This document shows, piece by piece, positions 41,975 through 55,249 of a DNA stretch of 64,000 nt (within the stretch, counting starts at the first letter, position 1; every line of letters starts with the position of its first letter). A program made the translations under genes and the position numbers. The notes beneath the pieces are model-generated. The model made no database searches, was not told the DNA's origin, and saw nothing but the letters and a program-made list of their open reading frames with translations. This DNA comes from Octopus vulgaris (Eukaryota). The DNA lies in NCBI GenBank assembly GCA_951406725.2, contig OX597833.1, positions 66,588,001 through 66,652,000 of the forward strand, in the 5' to 3' direction.

Positions 41975-42351
41975 GTCATGTCTGTCAGACAATTCCTACG
42001 ACCATACCACCCCTAACGTCTGGCCATCTAACTCCTCAGACTGCAACCTCCTTGATTATCACGTGAGGGGCGCAGTTGAGCGAAAGGCCAAGAAAACTCT
42101 TTCTAACACCAAAGATGAATTGAAAGCAAGTATTATGGCAGGATTCACTAACCGTTGCAGGAAATTCCGAACTTCCGAAGTCGTCTGGAGGCCGTGGTTG
42201 AAGCAAATGACGATTTCATTGAATAAATTTACTCTTTAGCATTTCAAGATATTTTTATGTAATTTTAGTAAATATATCTGTTGAAATGAGATGTCAGTGT
42301 TATTTTAACTTTTGCGTGATTTAGACGAGAGTTTATTCTTCGTCATCTGTA
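41975..42351 (+). pseudogene. Tc1/mariner (maT/DD37D-like) transposase C-terminal remnant
   Basis: WPSNSSDCNLLDY..GAVE (consensus WPPNSPDCNPLDYYVWG) and RSRLEAVVEANDDFIE*. Ends ...CTGTA. Confidence 0.7.
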
Positions 42352-42413
42352 TGTATGTATGTATGTATGTATGTATGTATGTATGTATGTATGTATGTAT
42401 GTATGTATGTATG

Positions 42414-42479
<66 letters not shown>

Positions 42480-42607
42480 TACAATAAGAGGCTTCAAAAT
42501 AGGAAAGCTTTTTGCGAGAAAGAACAGTAGAAAACTCAAAACCACCAAATTTTTGTGCTAGGCCACTGGAAATAATAATTTCTTATTACCCTATTGTTAT
42601 TTATTAT

Positions 42608-42671
<64 letters not shown>

Positions 42672-42687
42672 ATAGCACCACCAGCAA

Positions 42688-42832
42688 AAATTTTTTTCCT
42701 CTGTCTTCCCTTCTCGGTCTTTCAGTTTCCGACGATCTGCTCGCGTTATCCTTCCCTTCTTTCCGAAAATAATATTTTATTGTTCCACGTCCTCGCGTTG
42801 CTGTGTTTTTTTCTGTGTTTTCTTGTTTGGAT

Positions 42833-42837
<5 letters not shown>
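42688..42837 (+). mobile_element. degenerate family H1 copy with a partly deleted hammerhead
   Basis: cctctgtcttcccttctc...gtttccgacga..tgctcg...gttccacgtcctcgcgttg...ttggattaact. Confidence 0.7.
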
Positions 42838-42868
<31 letters not shown>

Positions 42869-43321
42869 GAATTTTTTAGAAATAAGATGACAGTCGTAAA
42901 CACGTTTCTGACTCAGTAACCTTTAACCTTCATGGGTACGACAATTGTCGAAACGCATTATGACCCAGTTATCTCGCACAATTTAAACAAAAATGAAGAC
43001 AAATATCTCACAGTGTTACAGTTGTCTCATTCCATTTCACAGACAACACCAGGACTCGATTTTAGTGATATTCGATTGCTAATCGCAATTCTGAATCTCA
43101 TTTTAACTTGTGAATTCGAGTCTGATGGTTGATTAATTCTCGATACACAGTTAGATTAATGAAGAAACGTCGTTCTAATTACAAAAAAACCTTCTTGAGA
43201 CTTAACGAACTCAAAATTGAAAATCTTGGTTGATTAAGAGACTGTTTTGCTTTTTATAAAGTGTATAAGACTAATATTTTCGTGGAAGTGTAAATGCATA
43301 AAATGCTGTAGCGTTTAAAGA

Positions 43322-43339
43322 AAAGTAGTAGTAGTAGTG

Positions 43340-43386
<47 letters not shown>

Positions 43387-44015
43387 GGAGGTAGTAGTAG
43401 CAGTAGTAGTAGTAGTAATAGCAGTAGCAGTAGTAGTAGTAGTAGGAAGAGGAGGAGGAGAAGAAGAAGAAAAAGAAGAAAAATGCAAGTAGAAGAAAAG
43501 GAAGAAAGAAAAAGGAAGAAGAGAACGAAGAAGAAGGAGGGGAGGAAGAATAGCAGGAGGAAGGAAAGAAGAGGGGGAAGAAGAAGAAGAGAAGAAGGAA
43601 GTGGAAGAAGAGGATGAGGGGAATAAGATCAAGTGGAAAAGTAGAAGAGGAGGAAGGGAAGAAGAGAAAGAGGAAGAAGTGGAAGAAGGAAAAGAAGAGG
43701 AAGAAAAGTGGAGGGAGAAAGAGAATGAAGAGGAGGTAGAGGAAAACGAAGGAGGGGAAGAAGGGGGAATATGAAAACGAGGAGGAGAAGGGGAAGAAGA
43801 AAACAAGATGGCGGAGAAGAGGGAAAAGAAAAATGAGGAGAAGGGGAAGTAGAAGTGAAAAAATGTGGAAGAAGATGTGGAAGGAGAGAGAGAAGAAGAA
43901 AAAAGGAGGAAGAAGAAGAAGAAGAAGGAGGAGGAGAAGAAAGAAGAAGAAGAAGAAGAAAGAAGAAGAAGAAGAAGAAGAAGAAGAAGAAGAAGAAGAA
44001 GAAGAAGAAGAAGAA
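43322..44015. repeat. (GTA)n and GA-rich polypurine tract
   Basis: Direct reading. Confidence 0.9.
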
Positions 44016-44111
44016 GGTGATGAATATATTTTAGCCTTCAGTGAGCCCTTATCGTAGAGGTTTATGGTGCAAAGTGTATCAGTTGTGATAGTCCCGCATT
44101 TTTTAAATATA

Positions 44112-44340
44112 TTTCTTTATTGCCCACAAGGGGCTAAACATAGAGGGGACAAACAAAGACAGATAAAGGGATTAAGTCAACTACATCGACCCCAGTGCAT
44201 AACTGGTACTTTATTTATCGACCCCGAAAGGATAAAAGGCAAAGTCGACCTCGGCGGTGTTTGAACCCAGAACGTAACGACAGACGAAATACTGCTGAGC
44301 ATTTCGCCCGGCGTGCTAACGTTTCTGCCAGCTCTACCCA
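44112..44340 (-). mobile_element. SINE family B, near full length
   Basis: Reverse complement of 45639-45869. Confidence 0.85.
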
Positions 44341-44826
44341 AGGTAGTAGACTGCTTGAGAGGAGAAGACGAAAATATGGTAAAACATCTAAAACTGAGTA
44401 CAATGTTCAGGAAAAAAAGACTAAATTAAATCGAAATTAGAAGACAGACGGTGCTTTAAATGTGGTCTGAAAAGAAGATTATATTTAATGTGGAGATTTA
44501 GGGAAATACAATTAGAAGAACCAGAAGGAATTAACACATCCGAATATTTTGACAAGAATCACGTCTGACAAAGAAAATTCAAACACCGACCCGCCATTGA
44601 TCTTTATAATATTTTCAAATGTTTTACTTCTAATCGAGGAATTTTTCCTTTATAAAACTGATCTTGAAAGCTATTTGAAGATTACATGGATCAAAGCAAG
44701 CGGATAATGGATTCTCGTAACCAGAAAGAATATAATTGCTAGTCCTGTAGCATACGTTGCTTTGTTGGTGACTGTAGGAAGACGTGTTTGCTTGTTTACA
44801 AAGCACAGTCTTGATCCGGGATGGCA

Positions 44827-45387
44827 TTTAAGTTAAGTTAAGTTAATTTTTTGGCTCAAAAAGCAAGGCCATGTAGGGGGACATGGATTTATGTACAGGG
44901 GTGTTCATGCAAAGAGTTCAGGCCATTTCTGTTCAAGAGAGACTTTGAACCGAGCGGTCGTCGGCATCTTCACTATCTCGTCCGGCAGCTTATTCCATGG
45001 ATCCGCAACCCGGACGGAGAAAGCCCCTCTCCTTCGATTGAGATGAAATTGTCGCAGAAAGAGCTTTTCGGAGTGACCCCGCAGCCTACACTCTGGAGCA
45101 GGAGTGAAGAACAGCTCTTTCGAGAGGTTACACTTTCCGCTTATGATGTTGTGAGCAAGAATGAGATCACAACGGCGTCGTCGTTTTTCTAGAGAATAAA
45201 GGTCGAGCGTCTTCAGCCTTTCTTCATAAGACAAATACTTGAGACCAAGAACCATGCGGGTAGCCAGCTTCTGGACTCTTTCGAGATGATGTATGTCTCT
45301 GAGGAGATAAGGAGAAGAGGCTTGAGTCCCGTACTCCAATATGGGTCTCACCAGCGTGACATAGAGCGGTAGGAATATGGCTGGAAT
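44827..45387 (-). mobile_element. 5'-truncated CR1/L2-group LINE, intact ORF2 C-terminus and 3' tail
   Basis: ORF 44905..45447 has LYVTLVRPILEY...SPYL..DI..LERVQ..ATR...SYEERL..L.LYSLE.RR...RGH...FS.RV...WNKLP. Tail of (TAACT)n repeats. Confidence 0.9.
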
Positions 45388-45567
45388 ATGGAATATTAAC
45401 TGGGAGGAGACACTGTTGAATTTGTTGTGATTAACGTAGGAAATCAAAAACTGGGTTAAAGAGCCAGCTACGATATGCGTGTCATTAACAAGCTAATGGC
45501 ACGGATTCCAACAACACACGCACATCATCACAGCCACTCCGAGGTACACAGGATCAGTGAAAATCAC

Positions 45568-45637
45568 AGGTATTAATCACAGGTATTAAATACACCGGTA
45601 TTAAATACACCGGTATTAAATACACAGGTATTAAATA
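45568..45637. repeat. 15-bp minisatellite GGTATTAAATACAC(A/C)
   Basis: About 4.5 units. Resumes at 45870 after the SINE. Confidence 0.85.
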
Positions 45638-45638
45638 A

Positions 45639-45869
45639 AGGCGGTGAGCTGGCAGAAACGTTAGCACACCGGGCGAAATGCTTAGCGGTATTTCGTCTGC
45701 GTTACGTTGTGAGTTCAAATTCCGCCGAGGTCGACTTTGCCTTTCATCCTTTCGGGGTAGATAAATTAAGTACCAGTTACGCACTGGGGTCGATGTAATC
45801 GACTTAATACCTATGTCTGTCCTTGTTTGTCCCCTCTATGTTTAGCCCCTTGTGGGTAATAAAGAAATA
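45639..45869 (+). mobile_element. tRNA-derived SINE family B, full length
   Basis: Head GGCGGTGAGCTGGCAGAAACGTTAG, box B GAGTTCAAATTCC, central GCCTTTCATCCTTTCGGGG. Flanking AGGTATTAAATA duplication. Confidence 0.9.
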
Positions 45870-46446
45870 GGTATTAAATACACCGGTAAAGCTGAACAAA
45901 ATGCAAATTTTCTTCAGTAGAACCAGCCCGAAAGTAAAATCTTTTTCGAGACGAATTATCTTATGTATGTGTAACATAGCAATTCCACGAGGCGTTTTAA
46001 GGGATTTTTTTTCTCCCTGGACTAACACTATTATAACCTCACGTCTTTCTAAGATATGCGAAGATTAAGCTTGTTATACAGATAAAGGTTGTAGCCAGGA
46101 GCTGCTTCTGTTGTTGATATTAAAACGTCTGTATGAGTGTGTGCGTATACACACATACATACACACATACATACATACATACATACATACATACATACAT
46201 ACATACATACATACATACATACATACAGACATATATATATATAAAAACATGTATATACATATATATACATAAATATATTATATAAGTATATATATATGTA
46301 TATAATATAATGTATATATATATATACATATATACATATACTTATGTGTATATGCATTTACACAGGTGTGTATATATATGCATATATATACATATATATA
46401 TGTATATATATCTGTATATATATATATATGTATGTATATATATGTA

Positions 46447-46519
<73 letters not shown>

Positions 46520-46521
<2 letters not shown>

Positions 46522-46710
46522 TGAGAATTTATTAAAAAAAAAAGACGAAGACGGGTGTGTAAACAACAAACAGATGTATTGGTTTAACGCTCGGGAAGAG
46601 AGAAAGAGTTTTACGTTTCGAGCCTACATTCTTCGACAGAAAGGAACACAAAAATAAACAGGGAGAGAAAATAAAAAAAAAGGAATAATGGCTAGCATTC
46701 TATCATGGCG
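46520..46710 (-). mobile_element. hammerhead element family H2 (motif at 46608-46643)
   Basis: TTT-CTGTCGA-A-GAAT-gtag-GCTC-GAAA-CGT-A-AAA, next to (TA)n. Confidence 0.7.
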
Positions 46711-46904
46711 ATATATCTGGAGAGCGAGTGAGTGAGAGAGAAGGAGAGAAAGGGGGAGAGAGGATGGGAGAGAGAGAGAGAGTGACAATGTGGAGGTATT
46801 ACACATCCTGTTGTATCTGTTTGGATTTGAGCGTCTAATTCACATAATGCCGTGAATACCTGCTGAAATATTTTGAAATGCATATGTATATATATATATA
46901 TATA

Positions 46905-47045
46905 ACATTGTCCCGAAAGAGATCAATGAGGAACAGGATCCCATCAACTTTAAACGGAGTCTGGATAGATTCCTTCAAGGAATACCAGATAAGCCACCCA
47001 TAACTGGATACAACTCACCCAACAAAAACTCACTTCTTGAAAACT
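46905..47045 (+). pseudogene. extreme C-terminus of a LINE ORF2
   Basis: NIVPKEI....[20 protein letters not shown]....NSLL. Confidence 0.6.
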
Positions 47046-47085
47046 CACATATATATATATATATATATATATATGTATAAATATA

Positions 47086-47174
<89 letters not shown>

Positions 47175-47299
47175 ATGTATATATATATATATATATATAT
47201 GCATGTATGTATATGTATATATATATATATATATATGAATGTGTGTGTGTATGTGTGTGTATGTATGTGCGTGTGTGTGTGTGAGTGTGTAAGTTCATA

Positions 47300-47367
47300 C
47301 TTGAGGGTCAATGAACTCGGCAAACTGGACTGAGAGTCCAGAGTGTTAACCATTACACCATAGAAGC
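47300..47367 (-). pseudogene. tRNA-Gln-like pseudogene or SINE head
   Basis: CTATGGTGTAATGGTTAACACTCTGGACTCTCAGTCCAG...CCGAGTTCA resembles eukaryotic tRNA-Gln. The T-arm 3' side and acceptor stem are broken. Confidence 0.65.
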
Positions 47368-47593
47368 GCCGATATGTGTAACTTTATATATATACATATG
47401 AAAAATCAAAATAAGCAACGGGATATCAAGTAGTAATACAGTACGACCGTTTCAGGCGACTCCATTTAATGGAAGAATGCAATCATTACATTAATTTAAA
47501 TGCAGTGCTATCTACAGGTGCACAAAATATAGAATTTTTAAAAACAAGTATGGCATACTAATTTAATTTTTAAAAAATATTTTAACAGATTAT

Positions 47594-47739
47594 TGTGGTA
47601 AGTAGCTTGTCTATCAACCACATGGTTCCGGGTTCAGTCCCACTGCGTGGCACCTTGGGCAAGTGTCTTCTACTATAGCCTCGGGCTGACCAAAGCCTTG
47701 TGAGTGGATTTGGTAGACGGAAACTGAAAGAAGCCCGTC

Positions 47740-47802
<63 letters not shown>

Positions 47803-48020
47803 TGTGTGTGTTTGTGTGTCTGTGTTTGTCCCCTAGCATTGCTTGACAACCGATGCTGGTGTGTTTATGTCCCCGTTACTTAGCGGTTCGGCAAAAAGTG
47901 ACCGATAGAATAAGTACTGGGCTTACAAAGAATAAGTCCCGGGGTCGAGTTCCTCGATTAAAGGCGGTGCTCCAGCATGGCCGCAGTCAAATGACTGAAA
48001 CAAGTAAAAGAGTAAAAGCG
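47594..48020 (+). mobile_element. SINE family A lacking the first ~17 nt
   Basis: Consensus-like body and tail. Confidence 0.9.
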
Positions 48021-48207
48021 AGTATGCATTGTTCAATTAAATGGATGTGCTTGAAACGGTCGTACTGCATTACTACTTGATACCCTGTTGTTTGTTTTGA
48101 TTTTATTCACCTTACTTCGAACTGTGTGGATAATACACAATACACTTATACCCGTGCTTCAACATAAATACCTGATCTTAATTATATATATATATATATA
48201 TTATGTT

Positions 48208-48340
48208 ATTTTCCTTGTTTCAGTCATATGACTGCGTCCATGGTGGAGCACCGCCTTTAGTCGAATAAATAGACTCCAGGACTTATTCTTTGTAAGCCTA
48301 GTATCTATTCTATCGGACTCTCTTTTCCGGAGCGCTAAGT
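48208..48340 (-). mobile_element. SINE family A 3' fragment
   Basis: Tail match. Confidence 0.75.
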
Positions 48341-48378
48341 ATATTTTTAAGTGTATGCATATATATACGTGTATAAAC

Positions 48379-48423
<45 letters not shown>

Positions 48424-48562
48424 ATGAGTCTCTGTGTGTGTGCGTGTGTCTGTGTATATACATTTGTGTGTATACATGCGTATAGATACGTGTATGTATA
48501 TTTATTTATTAGCATGTGTGCATGCTACACCTGTATAAATAAACGTACATGTACATATCCTC

Positions 48563-48624
<62 letters not shown>

Positions 48625-48631
48625 ATAGATG

Positions 48632-48700
<69 letters not shown>

Positions 48701-49559
48701 GAATGACACGCACAAAGAAACATATAATTACAAATCTTCACATACAGGTGTGTATGTGTAAGTGTGTATATATGTTTGTGTGTGTGTGTGTAAGTGGATG
48801 TATCCATGTTCGTGTGGAAGTGTCGTCGTCTGCTCCCTAGAGATGCAGTCATAAATGCAAATTTAATTCTCGAATAAGTTATAAGTTGTGTGTTCTAACC
48901 TGCGACCTTATAATACAACAACCATTTGCCTTTCACTGTTGAACATAACAGTTTGCCGTTTGCAAATAAATCGACAAACAAATCCAATCCGATTGTTAGC
49001 GTTGACAGTGACCGAGTTCAGCGTCCGTTTGTGCTAGATTTCCCATTTTAGAGTATTGCTATTCCCCTGACCGTTGATTTGATTTTATCGCTGAAGATTT
49101 TCACAGAAATAGAAAATCCGGCTGAGGAGCTTTAACGTTAATGCCTTACCGAAAAAGAAATATCCAAAGTTTTCTCTTCTAAATTTCTACAAGTTTCTTC
49201 CTTATGATAGACGTCCATAAATCATTGTATGTCACATGTCTGCGAATTCTAGCCATGTTTAGAAACCACAAATCTCTTCAAATCTCAAGAATCTTTCTTA
49301 AGATTCTTTTAGAAACCAGGATGGTGTTTTTTTACTGTAGGTCGGTAAAACAAGTCACAGTTCCTAATATCTTAAGTAATAGGATGGGCGTTGTATCAAG
49401 TGCGGACTATTACGGCAGGAATATTTTGTCACGTGAGTTTTCTACAATCTCTTCATATCTCGGCCTGGATCCTGAAGTTACCAAATTTTCTCAGTTTCTC
49501 TATCATTATTATTATTCAGTAGTTTTATTTTTATGTCGTGCTTTCACTTCACTACCTAG

Positions 49560-49578
49560 CGCAGCTACTACTGCTGCT

Positions 49579-49624
<46 letters not shown>

Positions 49625-49781
49625 GCTGCTGCTGCTACTGCTGCTGCTAGTACTACTACTACTACTACTACTACTGATGCTGCTGCTGCTGCTCCTCCTC
49701 CTCTTCCTCCTCCTCTTCCTCCTCCTATTCCTCCTCCTATTCCTCCTCCTCTTCCTCCTCCTCCTCCTCTTCCTCCTCCTC

Positions 49782-49814
<33 letters not shown>

Positions 49815-49933
49815 TTCTTCTTCTTCTTCCTCCTCCTCCTCCTCCTCCTCCTCCTCCTCCTCCTCTTCTTCTTCTTCCTCCTCCTCCTCCCCTTCCTCTT
49901 CTTCCTTCTCCTCCTCCTCCTCCTCCTCCTCCT

Positions 49934-49999
<66 letters not shown>

Positions 50000-50000
50000 T
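49560..50000. repeat. (CTA)n/(CTG)n/(CCT)n compound microsatellite
   Basis: Direct reading. Confidence 0.95.
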
Positions 50001-50022
50001 TCTTCTTATTATTATTAGTAAC

Positions 50023-50657
50023 TGAGTGAGAGAGCAGTACATACCATCAAAGTGACACTGGGGCACAAATATATTTCTTTACTGCCCACAAGGGGCTAAA
50101 CATAGAGGGGACAAACAAGGACAGACAAAGGGATTAAGTCGATTACATCGACCCCAGTTGGAAACTGGTATACAGAGCCCAATATACCCATCATGTCTAC
50201 CAGTCTGACCAGGCGGATGCATCACAACCATATGTGCGCGACATGGTGACCTCATATCAGGATAAACTGCGCATGATCTTGCAGGTGGGGGCCCAGTTAG
50301 AATTTTCTTGAGGTCGAGTAGCCCATCCCGCTCAAAAAAGTTTCTGAATAAGGGCTGTTTAAGGAAGTTGAACAAAACACCCATGTTTCCAGAGGTGAAT
50401 TATTCAAAGCTTCTCTACACATGTCTACAATGCTTCTCGTCTACTTCTGCCTGTGATCAGAGAAGCACATATCGTCAGCCGATAAGAGACATGCTCAACT
50501 GGTTAAGGTCAAACAACTGACGATCAAACCTGGGATTTTGAGCAGAATATATGCTGCAGAACATTATTTATACGAAGACAAAGCACTTACATGATAACAC
50601 TTCCAATCAGTTAAGATCAGAAGCCATGAGAGCCAGTGCCTGTACTGCACTAGGGCA
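50023..50657 (-). mobile_element. family C element with a nested SINE B 3' fragment (50073-50170)
   Basis: Reverse complement of 16441-16992, flanked by (TTA)n. Confidence 0.8.
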
Positions 50658-50679
50658 GTTATTATTATTATTATTATTA

Positions 50680-51000
50680 TGTTAATTATTCCAGTTCTAT
50701 ATTTAAGTGATGAGGAAGTATATACATTATTTACATTATTTACATTATTTACATTATTTACATTATTTACATTATTTACATTATTTACATTATTTACATT
50801 ATTTACATTATTCACATTATTTACATTATTTACATTATTTACATTATTTACATTATTTACATTATTCACATTTGACGGATATTTGTCCTCATCTTGTTTG
50901 TTGTTAACATAACGTTTCGGTTGATGTACCCTCCAGCCTTCATCAGGTATTTTGGGGGAAATTTCGAACCTGGTTCTCATTCTTGAGGTATTTTTCGATC
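50680..51000 (-). mobile_element. hammerhead element family H3 with internal (TTATTTACA)n
   Basis: Motif at 50907-50950: ATAC-CTGATGA-A-GGCTG-loop-CAACC-GAAA-CGT-T-ATGT. 9-bp tandem repeat at 50724-50870. Confidence 0.65.
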
Positions 51001-51624
51001 TTCTTCTTCTTCTTCTTCTTCTTCTTCTTCTTCTTCTTCTTCTTCTTCTTCTTCTTCTTCTTCTTCTTCTTCTTCTTCTTCTTCTTCTTCTTCTTCTTCT
51101 TCTTCGTTATTCTTAAAAGTTTTCATTCCAGCTCTTCTCGTGCTATTTTCTTAAATGTTTTGCTATTTTATATATTTTTTCCTTTTTACATTTTAAACTT
51201 GAATTTTTTTTTATTTTCTAATCCAAATCTAATATTTAATTTCTTTCTTTTCTGCCTCTCTTCACCGTTTGCTTGCGAGAAAAAACAAACAAAAAAACCC
51301 CCCAGAAAAATCTTGAAATATTTTCTTAAGATGATAAATCACCATTCTGATAAATTAATTCCGTATTTCTCGACAACATCAACATCAACAGCAGCAGCAG
51401 CAGCATCAACAACAGCAACAGCAGCAAAAAAACCCAAAAAACAAAGAAGACCGACTCTCACCGCAACAGACAAACATCCGTCATCTTGCGTGACAAAGCA
51501 AACATCAAAATTTTCCCCAAAGTGTCAGCATTCAATTTTCTGCGAAATTAATTTTGATGGTAGAAAGTTATCTCCCCTTTCCTAGGTTTTCACCTTGCTC
51601 TTAGTTTCAAATTTAAAAAAAAAG

Positions 51625-52201
51625 TCCAGCAAGTTTTGGGAGGAGTATAATCGATTACATTGACCCCAGTACAGAACTGGTACTTATCTTATCGATCCGA
51701 AAGGATGAATGGCAAAGTCAACCTCGACGGAATTTGAAATCAGAACGTGAAGACGGATGAAATGTCGCAAAGCATTTCGTCCGGCAGGCTAACGTTTCTT
51801 TTCTACTCTAGGCACAAGGCCCGAAGTTTTGGGAGAAATTTTTTTGGGGAAGTCGATTAGAATGAACCCGGTACGCAACTGGCATTTAATTTATCGACCC
51901 CGAAAGGATGAAAAGCAAAGTCGACCTCGGTGGAATTTGAACTCAGAACGTAAATACAGACGAAATACCGCAAAGCATTTTGCCCAGCGTGCTAACGTTT
52001 CTTATTTCTTTACTGCCCACAAGGGGCTAAACATAGAGGGGACAAACAAGGACAGATAAACGGATTAGATCGATTATATCGACCCCAGTACGCAAAGGCA
52101 AAGTCGACCTCGGCGGAATTTGAAGTCAGAACGTAACGGCAGACGAAATGCCGCTAAGCATTTAACCCGGCGTGCTAACGTTTCTGCCAGCTAGCCGCCT
52201 T
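51625..52201 (-). mobile_element. three head-to-tail SINE family B copies
   Basis: Units at about 51625-51800, 51801-52001 and 52002-52201. Confidence 0.8.
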
Positions 52202-52666
52202 AAGAAGAACAACAACAAAATTAGCCGCAGCCAAAACATCAACAACAGTACCAATAACAACAACAACAATAGCATTGGAAATGACATCAATAAAAAAAAA
52301 CAACAACATCGCCAAAAACAAAAGCAACAGAAGGAAGTACAACAAAAATAGTAGCCACAGCTGCAACACCAACAAGAACAACAACGACGATGACGACAAC
52401 GATGAGGACATCTACAAATTAAAAAAAACAAACAACTGCGACAAAAAAAAAAGACGAACAACAAACACAACAGCATAAACTCCGAGAAAAACGATAAGAA
52501 ATTAATAGGATTACGAGCGCTAAGTTTCTCTTGTAACGTCAGTGGCTCAGTGGTACTAACGCTATATATTTTGTCAATTACAACAAATTTACGACTTTTT
52601 TTTATATTTTCTTGGAAATTTGGAATTTTTGTAAAAATTTTGTATAGTTGTTATTTTCGCACATTT

Positions 52667-52719
<53 letters not shown>

Positions 52720-52744
52720 AGCTTTTTATATTTGTTTATATACG

Positions 52745-52810
<66 letters not shown>

Positions 52811-52898
52811 TAGATAGATATATATACATATATTTATATATATATATATATTGAATATTTAGATATATATACATATATTTATATTTGTTTATACATGC

Positions 52899-52941
<43 letters not shown>

Positions 52942-53211
52942 TACATACATACATACATGTATATATATACATATATATATGTTTATATGTATGTATATAT
53001 AAACTTACATATTTTTGTATTTTTGTTTTGTATATATATATTTTGTATATTTGATATTTTGATATTTATTTTTGTATATATACATATTTTTTATAGGTTT
53101 GTTTTTGTATAGATATGTATTTTGGTATATTCTTTATATTTCTTTTTTCATTTCGTTTTTGTAAATTTAAATGTTTTTTATGTGCATTTATATTCACGAT
53201 CTCCCCACCCA

Positions 53212-53700
53212 ATGTCTCTCTATCTAACTCTCTGTTTCTCTCTCTTTCTTTCTCTATCTCTCTTTCTCTCTCTCATTGTCTCTCTCTCTTTGTCACTCTC
53301 TCTCTTTATTTGGTTCTCTCTTTTTCTCTATCTCTCTTTCTCTCTCATTTTACCTCTCTTCCTTTGTCTGTCTCTATTTTTTGTCTCTCTCTCTTTGTCA
53401 CTATCTCTCTCTTTCTCGCTCTCCCTTTTCTCTCTCTCTTTGTCTCTGTCTCTTTCTCTCTCATCTAACTTCTCTCCCTTTGTCTGTTCCTCTCTTTGTC
53501 TCTATTTCTTTGTCTCTCGCTTTCTCTCTTTCCTTTGTCTCTCTCTCTCTTTTTCTCTATTTCCCTTTGTCTCTATCTCTCTCTTTGTCACTCTCTCTCT
53601 TTGTCTCTCTCTCCCTTTGTCCCTCTCTCTCTCTTCGATTGTCGTTCTCCTTTTCTCTATCTCCCTTTGACTCTCTCGTTCTCTCTCTCTCTCACTCTGT
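53212..53700. repeat. CT-rich polypyrimidine tract
   Basis: Direct reading. Confidence 0.9.
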
Positions 53701-53882
53701 ATTGTTACTCTGTGTCTGCGTGTCTGTCTGCACATTTTAATTTTTTATATTTTATATTTATATTTATTCTTTGGAGAAAAACAAAAACAAAACAAAATTA
53801 ATAATCTTTATTTCCCCCCCTCCCGAACAATGGATTTAATATAGACTCTCCAGACAGAAACTATAATAGTTTCATAAATGTT

Positions 53883-53913
<31 letters not shown>

Positions 53914-53992
53914 GTAGCAGCAGCAGCAGTAACAACAACAGCAACAAAAACATCAACACATACATCAGAGCACACAACAGAAAGTATAAACA

Positions 53993-54055
<63 letters not shown>

Positions 54056-54209
54056 CTTTATACACAGCGGTTCCTGAACCGTTATTTATGAATAATATAT
54101 ATAGAAATAGAAATAATAAAATGTAAATAAAAACAATGAATGATTACAGAAATTGTAACAAAAAATTTATCCCAATAATAATAATAATAATTATAGTGAT
54201 AATAATGAT

Positions 54210-54422
54210 CCTTTTTACTATAGGCACAAGACCTGAAGTTTGGGAGAGGAGGATAGTCGATTACATCGAACCCAGTGTTCAACTGGTACTTTATTTGTCG
54301 ACCCCGAAAGGATGAAAGGCAAAAACCGACCTCGGTTGAATTTGAACTCAGAACATAAAGACAGACGAAATACTGGTAAGGCGTTTTCCAGGAGTGCAAA
54401 CGATTCTGCCAGCTCACCGTCT
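54210..54422 (-). mobile_element. SINE family B
   Basis: Head, central block and tail match. Confidence 0.8.
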
Positions 54423-54448
54423 TAATGATAATCATAATGATAATAATA

Positions 54449-54503
<55 letters not shown>

Positions 54504-54707
54504 TGATGATGCTAATAATAATAATAATAATAATGATAATAATAATAATGAAAATAATGATAATGATGGTGATGATGATGATGATGATAATAATGATGAT
54601 GATGATGATGATGATAATAATTTTGGATATTAGCGTGTACACACATACACCCACATGCACATAGATACATGTATTATGTTTGTGTATATATATATATATG
54701 TATATAT

Positions 54708-54775
<68 letters not shown>

Positions 54776-54923
54776 ATATATACATATGTATATATTTATA
54801 TATATATATATGTATTTACGCATATATATATATATGCATTTACGCATATATATATGTATAAATGATACATACATACACACATATATATATATATACATAT
54901 ATATCTTTCTCTCTATATGTATA

Positions 54924-54962
<39 letters not shown>

Positions 54963-55249
54963 TATATGTGTTTATGTATATGTATATATATATGTGTGTG
55001 TGTGTGTATATATATATATCTATCTATCTATATAGATAGACAGATATGTAAATATTGTGCTAAATAAAGTTTCATTTAAGCGTAGATCGGTGAGAAGTCT
55101 GTAATGGTTATGTAGGCATGCATGAGTGCTGGTTAAATGGGGTTAAGGTAGGAATCAAAGAAAATGTAGAAAGACAAATGGTAAAGGCTGTGTTGAACAG
55201 TAATGCAGTACATAGTTAAGGAAAGACAGACGTTTAATTAGATCTAGAA

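Noticed and set aside
42930-42962. GACAATTGTC-GAAACGCAT hairpin
   Set aside because: No CUGANGA box upstream.
51360-51585. Poly-Q/A-like exon
   Set aside because: A short CAG/CAA tract without convincing splice sites or recognisable protein.
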